Shown in pieces: positions 49,778 to 59,621 of a DNA stretch of 64,000 bases. The notes beneath the pieces were generated by a model. That model was not told the DNA's origin, searched no databases, and was given only the letters and a program-made list of their open reading frames with translations. The translations under genes and the position numbers were made by a program. Positions within the stretch are counted from its first letter, which is position 1. Every line of letters begins with the position of its first letter. The DNA is from an uncultured Mycoplasmatota bacterium. GTDB taxonomy: Bacteria > Bacillota_I > Bacilli_A > RF39 > UBA660. The stretch is from positions 1,255-65,254 of the forward strand of contig CAOKET010000006.1 of the NCBI GenBank assembly GCA_948467605.1, in the 5' to 3' direction.

Positions 49778-50158
49778 GTGTTACTACAAATCGGTGAATT
49801 TTCTAAAAGAAGCGGTGTATCAATAAGAACGTTATGTTATTACAATCAAATAAATTTATTTAGTCCAATAGAAATAGATTTGTTTACAGGATATAGATAT
49901 TATGATGAATCCCAAATAGACGACATAAATCTTATAAACGAGTTAAAATCAGTAGGATTTACATTAGAAGAAATAAAAAAATATTGGAATAATTTTAGTA
50001 ATCAAATTATGTTAGAAAAGCAAGAAGAACTTAAAACAAAACTAAGTGATATAAATAAAAGAATAAAAAAAATAGACTACTTGCGTAGTAACATAATTAA
50101 TGGAAAAATAGTTAATAAAGTACAAACAGAAAGAGTAAGAACTAAATCATTATATTAG
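49778..50158 (+). CDS. MerR-family transcriptional regulator (GTG start)
   Basis: LLQIGEFSKRSGVSIRTLCYYNQINLFSP...GYRYYDESQIDDINLINELKSVGFTLEEIK is a canonical MerR HTH plus coiled coil; RBS aaggagg. Confidence 0.75.
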   Translation: MLLQIGEFSKRSGVSIRTLCYYNQINLFSPIEIDLFTGYRYYDESQIDDINLINELKSVGFTLEEIKKYWNNFSNQIMLEKQEELKTKLSDINKRIKKIDYLRSNIINGKIVNKVQTERVRTKSLY

Positions 50159-50170
50159 GAGGTTTAAAAC

Positions 50171-51235
50171 ATGAAAAATACTAATTTAATAGTAGGAAAA
50201 AGAAATACAGGAAAGACAAGAAATATTCTATTTAAAGAAACAAATAATGCAATAAATAATAATGAAAATATATTATTCTATGATGATAGAAGTGAGTATT
50301 ATAAAACATTCGCAAAGAAATTAAAGGAAGAAAACTATAATGTTATTATATTAAATCTAGAAGATACTACAAAATCACATGGATATAATCCGTTATGGTT
50401 GCCATATTTATTATATAAGGAAAATAATCTTGATATGGCTATAAGTATGGTAAATAATCTAGCACTAGAGATATTTAAAACTGATAATTTAAACTCTGAT
50501 CCATTTTGGGAAAATATGGCTTCAAATTATTTTACTGGCTTAGCATTGATATTATTTAAAGAGGCAAAAGAAAATGAAATTAATATAGGAAGTATACAAG
50601 TATTAATGAATCAAGGTGAATTATCACTTGGGGATACGACTTACTTAAAAAAATATTTAGAAAATATTGATATTACAAATTCCATCTATTCATCACTATC
50701 ACCTATAATTTATGCACCATCAGATACAAGAGGAAGTATCATATCAGTAGCAAAACAAAAACTAAATATATATTTATTACGTGAACAATTATTAAATTTA
50801 TTAAATACAAATTCTATTAATCTAAAAGATATTAAAAATAAAACAGCTATATTTATAATAGGCAGCGAACCTATTAACGATGTTGCCAATATATTTATTG
50901 ATCAATTAATTCAAACTATAACTATACCATTTACATTTATACTAGATAATTTTGATTCATTAAGAAAATTAATCCACTTTAAATATCTTATAAACAATGC
51001 TAACTATTTAGAACACAGAGTATATGTATCTATTCATAATGAGAATGAATTTAAAGAAAAATATGATAAATATATAACAGATAATTTTGAAAATGTTATA
51101 TATTTGGAAAATAAAGATGAAACACCTAAAGAAATTTTAGAGAATATTGGTACTTACAACGAATATCCTATACTTAATATGAATAAACACAACTACTTTA
51201 ATTTCAAAGATTTCATTGAAAATAATTTTAAATAA
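50171..51235 (+). CDS. Soluble P-loop NTPase resembling the nucleotide-binding domain of VirD4/TraG/TraD type IV coupling proteins
   Basis: Walker A VGKRNTGKT at residues 9-16, FYDDRSEYY (compare DPKGE), YNPLW (compare NPLD), DPFWENMASNYFTGLALIL (compare DPFW..A..LL), candidate Walker B FTFILDNFD; no TM segments; 354 aa. Confidence 0.45.
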   Translation: MKNTNLIVGKRNTGKTRNILFKETNNAINNNENILFYDDRSEYYKTFAKKLKEENYNVIILNLEDTTKSHGYNPLWLPYLLYKENNLDMAISMVNNLALEIFKTDNLNSDPFWENMASNYFTGLALILFKEAKENEINIGSIQVLMNQGELSLGDTTYLKKYLENIDITNSIYSSLSPIIYAPSDTRGSIISVAKQKLNIYLLREQLLNLLNTNSINLKDIKNKTAIFIIGSEPINDVANIFIDQLIQTITIPFTFILDNFDSLRKLIHFKYLINNANYLEHRVYVSIHNENEFKEKYDKYITDNFENVIYLENKDETPKEILENIGTYNEYPILNMNKHNYFNFKDFIENNFK

Positions 51236-51247
51236 TACTAAAACAAT

Positions 51248-51274
51248 AACTTAGGTTTTATGCCTAAGTTTTAT
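51248..51274 (+). terminator. Rho-independent terminator
   Basis: cttaggttttatgcctaag hairpin followed by T-run. Confidence 0.5.
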
Positions 51275-51315
51275 AATATGATAATTTATGTTATAATCGT
51301 TTTAGGAGGAATATA

Positions 51316-51953
51316 ATGCAATTATCTAAAATAAATAAAGATGAATTAACTGATGACGATATACAAAAAATAGTATATGATAATACTTATGATAGTGGTA
51401 AAACCTGTACATATGGGTTAGTATTTGGAAATAGTATGTTAATAAATGAAAGAGTTAATACTGCAGTTGAATCTTATAAAAAAATAGAATAAAAAAGATT
51501 ATATTTACAGGTGGAAGTAACGGAATAAGTAATTAAACTAACGACGAAATTAAAGAAGCAATAAAAATGAAAAACTTGGCAATTAAACTGGGAGTAAAAG
51601 AAGAGGATATTTTAATTGAGGATAAATCAAATAATAGTTTTGAAAATGTTGATAATTCATTTGCATTAATAAATAATGAAGATATCAAACAAATAGCAAT
51701 AATTACAAGTTGCTTTCATTTAAAAAGATGTATGGCAATAATAAAAAAGAAATTTAAAGATTTAGAGGTTATACTTATACCATCTAAAGATGGTTTCTCA
51801 GATAGTGACAACTGGTTTTTATCTGATAATAGTTATAACTCTGGAAGAAGTTTAGCAACTTATGAAGCAAATCTTTTAATCAAGTATGCAAAAGAAGGTA
51901 AAATTCTAGATTTAGACATCCAAGATATAGTAAATAGTAAAAGCTATAACTAA
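51316..51953 (+). pseudogene. DUF218/YdcF (SanA/ElyC-like) family gene disrupted by frameshift and stop
   Basis: Three consecutive pieces (MQLSKINKDELTDDDIQKIVYDN.../KKIIFTGGSNGIS/TNDEIKEAIKMKNLAIKLGVKEEDILIEDKSNNSFENV...SCFHLKRCMAII) together match the DUF218 consensus; breaks coincide with A6/A7 runs. Confidence 0.55.
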
Positions 51954-51960
51954 TATAACT

Positions 51961-52332
51961 TTACAATTCAGGATTTTCATAATCAGAGGCGTCTTCAATG
52001 GTTGCATATAAAACAATAATACCTGCAATTAAAGATAACCAAGAGGCCTCAATTTGTAAATTCTCACTAGCAAGAGCACCCTTAGCGACATCTCCCGTTT
52101 TAATATGTTTATAGTTTAGTATTAAGTATATAGCAGAAGCTACTAATATTACACTTCTGTTTAGAACTGATAAATTATTATCAGTTTTTTTATTAAAAAA
52201 TGGTTCTTTTTTTTGTAGAACTCTACGATTATTATAAAGTAGAAGTATTGATAATATAACAGTACCCAAATATATATATGTAGTATATATTTGTTTATTT
52301 ATTAAATCTACTTCTTTATTGTTATCATCCAT
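51961..52332 (-). CDS. Hypothetical small membrane protein
   Basis: 123 aa with about three TM segments. Confidence 0.4.
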   Translation of the reverse strand: MDDNNKEVDLINKQIYTTYIYLGTVILSILLLYNNRRVLQKKEPFFNKKTDNNLSVLNRSVILVASAIYLILNYKHIKTGDVAKGALASENLQIEASWLSLIAGIIVLYATIEDASDYENPEL

Positions 52333-52334
52333 AA

Positions 52335-53042
52335 CTATTCTTTCATTTTTTGCTTTATTAAATTTATTTCTTTAAGTTCACTTACTGTTACAAATTGATA
52401 TCCTTTTTCTTTTAAAGCAGGTATTATTATTTTTAAAGCATTAAGGGATCTTTCATATATATCGTGCATTAATACAATGTCACCATCCTGGATAGACCCA
52501 AGTGCCCTTTTTGCAATTGCTTCACTTGATTTTAACTTCCAATCTTTAGTATCAACATCCCATAGTACAATTTTTAAATCAGTAGATCCTCTTAACTTTT
52601 TATTTACACTTCCATATGTAGGTCTAAGTAAAGTAGGAGTATAATTTGCCGTGCTTTTTAATATATTTTGTGTCAAGTTAATTTCTTCTTTAATACTATT
52701 ATTACTTAATCTAGATAGCCATTTATGACTATATGAGTGATTACCAACTTCATTACCATTTTTTATCATTATATTTATAGTGTTAGAATATGCTTCAACC
52801 TTATTTCCTACTACAAAGAATGTAGCATAGGCATCATTCTCTTTTAGTAATTCTAATATTTCCTTTGTATATTTACTTGGACCATCATCAAACGTAAGTG
52901 CAACAACAGGTAAAGATGGATCTATTACTTTAACTGTCTCATTAGTGTTAAGAACAATTGGCTTTGTTTTTTGATTACAAGCAGTTAAAAATATACAACA
53001 TATTAATATTATAAATAATTTCTTAAACATACACCTCACCAA
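52335..53042 (-). CDS. Polysaccharide deacetylase family lipoprotein (NodB homology domain)
   Basis: Lipobox FLTAC; VALTFDDGP, HSYSH and LMHD motifs. Confidence 0.75.
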   Translation of the reverse strand: MVRCMFKKLFIILICCIFLTACNQKTKPIVLNTNETVKVIDPSLPVVALTFDDGPSKYTKEILELLKENDAYATFFVVGNKVEAYSNTINIMIKNGNEVGNHSYSHKWLSRLSNNSIKEEINLTQNILKSTANYTPTLLRPTYGSVNKKLRGSTDLKIVLWDVDTKDWKLKSSEAIAKRALGSIQDGDIVLMHDIYERSLNALKIIIPALKEKGYQFVTVSELKEINLIKQKMKE

Positions 53043-53102
53043 TATAAATATATTCTATATATGTATATTACATGTTATAATAATAAAGTAATAGGTGATA
53101 AA

Positions 53103-53630
53103 ATGAATATAAAATGTATAAAAGTAGGATACTTAGAGGCAAACTGTTATATTATTGAAAAAAATAATAATGTTTTAATAGTAGATCCAGGAGATGAAGA
53201 AAATAAGATAATTGATAGTATAGGTAATTTAAATGTAAGTGCAATATTAATAACACACTATCACTTTGATCATATTGGATGTTTGCAAGCATTAAAAGAT
53301 AAATATAATACTAAAGTTATTGATTATAACAATACAGACGAAGATATTAATATAGATGGTTTTAACTTCAAAGTTATCGCAACTAAAGGTCATACTTCTG
53401 ACTCAGTTAGTTTTTATTTTAAAAATGAAAAGATTATATTTACAGGAGATTTTTTATTTAAAGAGGGTATAGGTAGAACTGATTTTGAAAATAGTAATTA
53501 TGAAGATATGATAAATAGTATAAAACTAATAAAAACTTATCCAGATGATATTGTTATTTATCCAGGACACGGGGAATCTAGTACTTCTTTACATGAAAAA
53601 CAAAATAATATATTTTACAACATAAATTAG
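53103..53630 (+). CDS. MBL-fold metallo-hydrolase
   Basis: ILITHYHFDHIG and HTSDS...GDFLF...PGHG motifs; start chosen at MNIKCIK after RBS aggtgataaaATG. Confidence 0.75.
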   Translation: MNIKCIKVGYLEANCYIIEKNNNVLIVDPGDEENKIIDSIGNLNVSAILITHYHFDHIGCLQALKDKYNTKVIDYNNTDEDINIDGFNFKVIATKGHTSDSVSFYFKNEKIIFTGDFLFKEGIGRTDFENSNYEDMINSIKLIKTYPDDIVIYPGHGESSTSLHEKQNNIFYNIN

Positions 53631-53659
53631 TGATATAATAATTTGAAGAGGTAATAATA

Positions 53660-56005
53660 ATGAAGCCAATAAGATATAATCCTAAAATAAATTATGGTCT
53701 TACTAAAGAACAAGTTGAAGAAAGATATAGAACAAATCTTTTTAACAGAGATACTACAGTAAAAACTAAAACTATACCTCAAATAATAATTACAAGTACA
53801 TTTACTTTATTTAATCTGTTAAATATATTCCTAGCAACTTGTGTTATTTTAGTTGGTGCATATAAAAATGTACTTTTTTTAGGTGTTATTATATGTAATA
53901 CAATAATAGGAATAATTCAAGAAATACAAGCAAAAAAAGTAGTAGATAAACTAAACTTAATAGCAGAATCAAAGGTAAAAGTATTAAGAGAAGGAAAAAA
54001 ACAAGAAATATCTCATGAGGAAATAGTATTAGATGATTTAATCATACTAGAATCAGGAGATCAAGTTATAGTAGACTCTATAATAGTAGATGGTGAATGT
54101 GAAATAAATGCATCAGCCATAACTGGTGAAGAAAAATCTATATTAAAAAAAGAGAGTGATGAAATATTATCAGGTAGTTTTATAGTTAGCGGATATATAA
54201 TTGCAAGAGTAAATCATATTGCAGATGAAAACTATATTTCAGTTATTTCAAAAGATGCTAAAAAGATGAAAAAAAACAAATCAGAAATAATTAAATCACT
54301 AAATAAAATTATTAAAGTAATATCTTTTATAATAGTACCACTTGGATTAATATTCTTCTATATGCAATATAACTTAAGCGGTAATACATTTGATAATGCA
54401 GTTGTAAATACAGTAGCAGCACTCCTTATTATGATTCCAGATGGATTAATACTTTTAATAAGCACAGTATTTGCTATTGGAGTTATTAGAATATCAAAAA
54501 ATAAAATACTAGTTCAAAACTTATATTGTTCAGAAAAATTAGCAAGAGTAGATGTAATGTGTTTAGATAAAACAGGTACTATTACTGAAGGAAATATGGA
54601 AGTTAAAGATATAATATCACTAAGTAATACGTCTAAGAAAGAAATAGAGGATATAATAGGTGATATTTGCTACTTTAGTAAAGATAATAATTCAGTAATG
54701 CAAGCAATAAGAAAAAAATATAATAAAAATTCTACTTTAACACCTAAAAAAATAGTATCGTTTTCATCAAAACAAAAATACTCAGGAATTACATTTAAAG
54801 AAAAAGGTACTTATATATTAGGTGCACCTGAGTTTGTACTTGGTGATAATTTTTCTATAATACAAAATACTGTAAAACAATATATAGATAATAATAGAGT
54901 ATTATTAATTGCATATTCACAATATGATTTTATATCAAATGATTTACCTAATAACATAAAACCAGTAGGGCTTATATTATTACAAGATAAAATAAGAAGT
55001 GATGCGATAGAAACAATTGAATACTTTAGAAAACAAAATGTAGAGTTAAAAATAATATCTGGTGATAATCCTAAGACAGTTGCAGAAATTGCAAGAAGAA
55101 GTGGCTTTAATGTAGTTAACGAAATAGATGCATCAAAAATAGAAACAGATGAAGAATTAAGACAAGCAGTAAAAAAATATAATATATTTGGAAGGGTATC
55201 ACCATTCCAAAAAAAGAAAATAGTAAAATTCCTACAAGATGATAAACATGTAGTTGCATTTACTGGAGATGGAGTAAATGATGTTTTAGCACTTAAACAA
55301 TCAGATTGTAGTATAACAATTGCAAATGCGAGTGAAGCAGCAAGAAATGTATCAGAATTAATATTATTAGATTCTAACTTTTCTAAAATGCCTATAGTAG
55401 TCGCAGATGGTAGAAGAAATATAAACAACCTAGAAAGATCAGCAGTATTATTCCTAACTAAAACTATGTATGCATCAATTCTTGCTATTATATTTTTATT
55501 TGTTGATGAATTTTATCCATTTATACCTATACAAACATCCCTTATTAGCGTAACTACAATAGGAATACCATCATTTATACTAGCACTTGAGAAAAATCAT
55601 GAACTAGTTAAAGGTAATTTCTTACTAAATGTATTAAAAAAAGTATTTCCAGGTGCTATAACAGTAGTACTTAATATAATAACAATACTTATACTACATG
55701 AAATATTACATCTAAGTAGTGAAGAAGTTAGTACATTATCTGTAATTTTAACTGCATTTACTGGATTTATGGTAATTTACAAGTTATGTATACCATTTAA
55801 TTTATTAAGAACAACTCTTTTAATTGCAATGATTGCAATGTTTGTAGGGGCCTATATATTATTACCTAGTTTATTTTCTATGGTTTATTTAAACTATAAA
55901 AATATTATATTATTGATAATTTTAATATTATTTGCTATAATGGTATACGGCTTAATTAATATAATTACAGATAAAGTATTTAAAAAGAATAAAATACGAG
56001 GGTAG
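53660..56005 (+). CDS. Cation-transporting P-type ATPase (P2-type, Ca2+/Mg2+-like)
   Basis: DKTGTITEG phosphorylation motif, TGDGVNDVLALKQSD hinge, 10 TMs; 781 aa. Confidence 0.9.
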   Translation: MKPIRYNPKINYGLTKEQVEERYRTNLFNRDTTVKTKTIPQIIITSTFTLFNLLNIFLATCVILVGAYKNVLFLGVIICNTIIGIIQEIQAKKVVDKLNLIAESKVKVLREGKKQEISHEEIVLDDLIILESGDQVIVDSIIVDGECEINASAITGEEKSILKKESDEILSGSFIVSGYIIARVNHIADENYISVISKDAKKMKKNKSEIIKSLNKIIKVISFIIVPLGLIFFYMQYNLSGNTFDNAVVNTVAALLIMIPDGLILLISTVFAIGVIRISKNKILVQNLYCSEKLARVDVMCLDKTGTITEGNMEVKDIISLSNTSKKEIEDIIGDICYFSKDNNSVMQAIRKKYNKNSTLTPKKIVSFSSKQKYSGITFKEKGTYILGAPEFVLGDNFSIIQNTVKQYIDNNRVLLIAYSQYDFISNDLPNNIKPVGLILLQDKIRSDAIETIEYFRKQNVELKIISGDNPKTVAEIARRSGFNVVNEIDASKIETDEELRQAVKKYNIFGRVSPFQKKKIVKFLQDDKHVVAFTGDGVNDVLALKQSDCSITIANASEAARNVSELILLDSNFSKMPIVVADGRRNINNLERSAVLFLTKTMYASILAIIFLFVDEFYPFIPIQTSLISVTTIGIPSFILALEKNHELVKGNFLLNVLKKVFPGAITVVLNIITILILHEILHLSSEEVSTLSVILTAFTGFMVIYKLCIPFNLLRTTLLIAMIAMFVGAYILLPSLFSMVYLNYKNIILLIILILFAIMVYGLINIITDKVFKKNKIRG

Positions 56006-56064
56006 TATATAATTATATAAAGTTTAATTAGTGAATATAATTATAAGAGGTGGAAAAAATAAAA

Positions 56065-56618
56065 TGTCACACATTTTTGAAAATAAAAAATACATTAAAA
56101 TAGTAGAAAACATACTTTTTAACAGTAACTTTGTAAAATTAAAATATGATGATCATCATGGTACTAATAAATACGATCACTGTAGAAGAGTATCATATAT
56201 AAGTTATAAAATAGCAAGATTTTTAGGATGTGATTATATAGCAACCGCAAGAGCAGGATTGCTTCATGATTTCTTTTATGGAAAAAGATTAGATAAAGAT
56301 GAAAATTCATATCTTAACCACCCTACAACAAGTGCAAAAAATGCTAAAAAGTTTTTCAAAATAAATAAAAAAGAAGAAAGTATAATAAAAACACACATGT
56401 TTCATCAAATATTCTTAAAAAAAATATTCCCATTTATAAATAGAAAAGAACATGCAAGTGTAATAAAATCAAGACCAACTTGTATTGAAGGATGGATAGT
56501 ATGTTTAACAGATATGTTAGTAGCATTCTATGAACTATTTATATATAAAATAAAAAACAATCTAAAATACGCATATAACATTTCACTTATTTGTATATTT
56601 AATTATATATTTTTATAA
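56065..56618 (+). CDS. HD-domain phosphohydrolase
   Basis: HCRRVSYISYKIARFLGCDY...AGLLHDFFYG HD motif; start chosen after RBS agaggtgg. Confidence 0.6.
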
Positions 56619-56639
56619 CAGCATATTGCTGTTTTTTTA
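56617..56639 (+). terminator. Rho-independent terminator
   Basis: acagca-tat-tgctgt hairpin followed by T7. Confidence 0.5.
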
Positions 56640-56662
56640 ATTATTTAGTATAATTAAGTTAT

Positions 56663-56739
56663 GTCTACGTAGCTCAGTAGGATAGAGCAATCGCCTCCTA
56701 AGCGATAGGTCAGCAGTTCGATTCTGCTCGTGGACACCA
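56663..56739 (+). tRNA. tRNA-Arg (anticodon CCT), CCA encoded
   Basis: Cloverleaf by eye: acceptor gtctacg/cgtggac, anticodon stem atcgc/gcgat with loop ctCCTaa, TPsiC agcagttcgattctgct. Confidence 0.85.
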
Positions 56740-56751
56740 GATTGATAGGAA

Positions 56752-56805
56752 ACTCGAACTTTTCGAGTAGCAATAGAAAACGTACTTGATAAAAGTGCGT
56801 TTTTA
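56752..56805 (+). terminator. tRNA-Arg(CCT) trailer: ACTCGAA/TTCGAGT hairpin followed by acgtacttgataaaagtgcgt hairpin and T-run
   Basis: Both hairpins seen in sequence; both belong to dispersed families also found at 28790, 49673 and 57752. Confidence 0.45.
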
Positions 56806-56971
56806 TGTTATTATGAATATGTCAAGGGAACTTGCATAAAATAAAAAAGGGAATGTTCAGTTTTAGCGAGTTGAATGTCTACCCAAATTAAATTTAGTTC
56901 GACATTTAATCTATGCGAAGATTAAGTGTCATTTTTTTATAACTACTATCATAATGATAAGGAGAAATAAA

Positions 56972-57698
56972 ATGATAGCAATGAGCTTAAGAACTTTCAA
57001 AATAAAAGTCTTAGTTTTCATTTTTATCAAACCTCCTCTCTACAAGAGATTCGGTAGACACTCAACAACTGATTATTCCCTATAAAAATTATACTAAAAA
57101 ACGTATAAAAAATAAAGATTATGTTTCTTACATTTCTGAAAAAGTAGATTGCACATGCTTATCAGATGAAGAAAAATTTAATTATTTTAAAAAAATATAT
57201 GAATATTACAAAAGTGGATTTTCTTTTTCACAAGATTTTGCTAAATTAATTTCCACTTGCGATTATAATTTGATGAATATTGATGATGCTACAAAAATGA
57301 ATGCTCAACAATTATTGATTTCTAAAAAAGGTGTTTGTACTCATTTTGCATCTTTAATTTATGAAGAATTAAAGGGAGTAGGACTAGAATCTTATTTTTT
57401 AAGAATGTTATTACCACACTGGTTTCATCATGTAGTTCTTTATAGAGTAAATCAAAATTGGAAAATTTGTGATTTAACTAATGAATATTTATTTGGAGAA
57501 GCAGGTTATAAAACATCAGATGACAATTACTTAGATATACCATTACAAGAGTTTCTTAAAAATAATCCACTTGTTTTAGATATGTGCATTATCCCAAAAT
57601 TAGGAGGAGATAGTATATTAGATATGAATAGTATCAACCTCAGAAAATTTATGGAATCTAAATTAAATAATGAATTGCATGACTATAAATTGAAATAA
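56972..57698 (+). pseudogene. Transglutaminase-like cysteine peptidase with an N-terminal signal/anchor encoded in a different frame (frameshift)
   Basis: Frame 2 ORF MIAMSLRTFKIKVLVFIFIKPP... (RBS ataaggag) stops at 57085; frame 0 is open from 57015 without a start codon and encodes KKGVCTHFASLIYEEL...HHVVLYRV...WKICDLTNE, a Cys-His-Asp transglutaminase core; the two frames overlap around a T5 run. Confidence 0.5.
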
Positions 57699-57747
57699 GT
57701 TAATGTAAAAGTTATTAATGCTTTTTCTTATGTCAAAAGATTTATAT

Positions 57748-57778
57748 AAAACTCGAAATACAAATATTCGAGTTTTAA
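57748..57778 (+). terminator. Rho-independent terminator (ACTCGAA/TTCGAGT hairpin family)
   Basis: aaactcgaaatacaaatattcgagttt followed by T-run. Confidence 0.5.
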
Positions 57779-57894
57779 TATGCCTAAATTTATGATAGAA
57801 TACTTATAGATATTAGATTGATACTTGTAAATTAAAAGCACACTTATATATAGTAATAAACAATATACATTAAATTACGAAAGGAAATAAAATT

Positions 57895-58851
57895 ATGAAT
57901 GAAAGAGTAATAATTAAATCTACTAATCAAAATAATCTTTTAAAAGCAATAATAAATTATATGGAATCTGAAAAGATAGATTATATTTTACAAGAAAACT
58001 CACTTGAAGGGACAACGAAAGATTTTAAAAAACTTATTTATATTGATGATGGTAGTAAAGATTTTAATGATTTTTTTGAAAATAAAGAATTATCAATTAT
58101 TGTAATAAGCGATAAAAAGGAAGTTGTAGATGGAAAGGCAAATATTAACTATATTATTACAACTTTAGTTAATGATGAAACTAATTATACTGATGTCCAA
58201 AAAGAATATTTATATAAGAAAGGTATTTACCACACCTTTCTTGAAAAATTAGGTGAATTATTAGAAAATACTAATAACTACGATGGAATGATATATGATC
58301 TTACTGAATTAAAATCAATACCTAATAATTGGATTTTTAATTTTGATTCTATTAATGATACATATGCCTGGTTATTAAAAAAGAATAAAATGTTGCCAAA
58401 TAATTTTGTTAGAAAAGTAATTAATTTCTATGATGATAAAGTATATGATGATTCTTTACGTGAAATAAACTATTTGGCTCAAAAATTAGTGGAAATAAAA
58501 GATGGTAAAAATGTTATTGATATATTTATATGTAGTAAAGATGAATTAAAAATATTTGAAAAAAACTACTTTTTTAAATTACTTATTAAAAATATCTCTC
58601 CAAATTATAGATTTTATTTAATTGATAAAGATAAGATATTAGAAAATGATAAAAACTTAGTAACTAAATTAACAGATGGTATAGCAATTTATAATGACTG
58701 CATCTATAGAGATACTTATGATGATGAATTTTCACTTGGGTATGTTGACTGTAATATAGATACTATTAAACAATATAATGAGTATTTTGATTATATTCTT
58801 AATAAGTATGGAACCCAAATAAAAGTGGAGAGTGATTTAAATGAATTTTAA
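57895..58851 (+). CDS. Hypothetical protein (318 aa)
   Basis: Good RBS; its stop overlaps the start of the SDR gene; no recognisable motif. Confidence 0.4.
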   Translation: MNERVIIKSTNQNNLLKAIINYMESEKIDYILQENSLEGTTKDFKKLIYIDDGSKDFNDFFENKELSIIVISDKKEVVDGKANINYIITTLVNDETNYTDVQKEYLYKKGIYHTFLEKLGELLENTNNYDGMIYDLTELKSIPNNWIFNFDSINDTYAWLLKKNKMLPNNFVRKVINFYDDKVYDDSLREINYLAQKLVEIKDGKNVIDIFICSKDELKIFEKNYFFKLLIKNISPNYRFYLIDKDKILENDKNLVTKLTDGIAIYNDCIYRDTYDDEFSLGYVDCNIDTIKQYNEYFDYILNKYGTQIKVESDLNEF

Positions 58852-59587
58852 AGGAAAAGTTGTATTAGTAACAGGATCTTCACGAGGTATAGGGAGAAGT
58901 ATTGCTGTTAAATTTGCAAAAGAAGGTGCTTCTGTAATTATTAACTATAAGAGTAATGAGAATGAAGCCCAAGCAATAACAGAAATAATTTCCAGTTATG
59001 TTAGCGATTGTATGTGTATTCAAGCAGATGTTTCAAAAGAAAAGGATGTAAAAAGAATGATTGATACAATCGTAGACAAATACGGACATATTGATATACT
59101 TGTAAATAATGCAGGTATAGCAATTGATAATGATTTTCAAGATCGCAATATTAAGGATTGGAAAGAAACACTTAATACTAATTTAATAGGAGTTTTCTTG
59201 ACATCAAAGTATGCTGGAAAATATATGTTAGAAAACAAATATGGTAAAATAATTAACATATCATCTACTAATGGCATTGACACAACCTATCCATATAGTA
59301 TAGACTATGATGCTTCTAAAGCAGGGCTTATTAATATGACGAAAAACCTAGCAATAGAATTTGCACCCTTTATTAATGTCAATGCAGTAGCGCCAGGATG
59401 GGTAGATACTGGAATGAATGACGATTTATCTAAAAGTTACTTGAAAGCAGAAATGGAAAAAACCTTATTAAAAAGATTTGCCGAACCAGAAGAAATCGCA
59501 AACGTTGTATTATTTTTAGCATCTGATATGGCACGTTATATTGATGGAGAAACTATAAGAGTTGATGGAGGATTAAAATTAGGATAA
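58841..59587 (+). CDS. SDR-family oxidoreductase (FabG-like 3-oxoacyl-ACP reductase type)
   Basis: VLVTGSSRGIGRSIA cofactor motif, NNAG, catalytic S...YDASKAG. Confidence 0.85.
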   Translation: MNFKGKVVLVTGSSRGIGRSIAVKFAKEGASVIINYKSNENEAQAITEIISSYVSDCMCIQADVSKEKDVKRMIDTIVDKYGHIDILVNNAGIAIDNDFQDRNIKDWKETLNTNLIGVFLTSKYAGKYMLENKYGKIINISSTNGIDTTYPYSIDYDASKAGLINMTKNLAIEFAPFINVNAVAPGWVDTGMNDDLSKSYLKAEMEKTLLKRFAEPEEIANVVLFLASDMARYIDGETIRVDGGLKLG

Positions 59588-59621
59588 CCTGAAACAATAA
59601 TTTTTTAAGGGGAGTAAAAAT

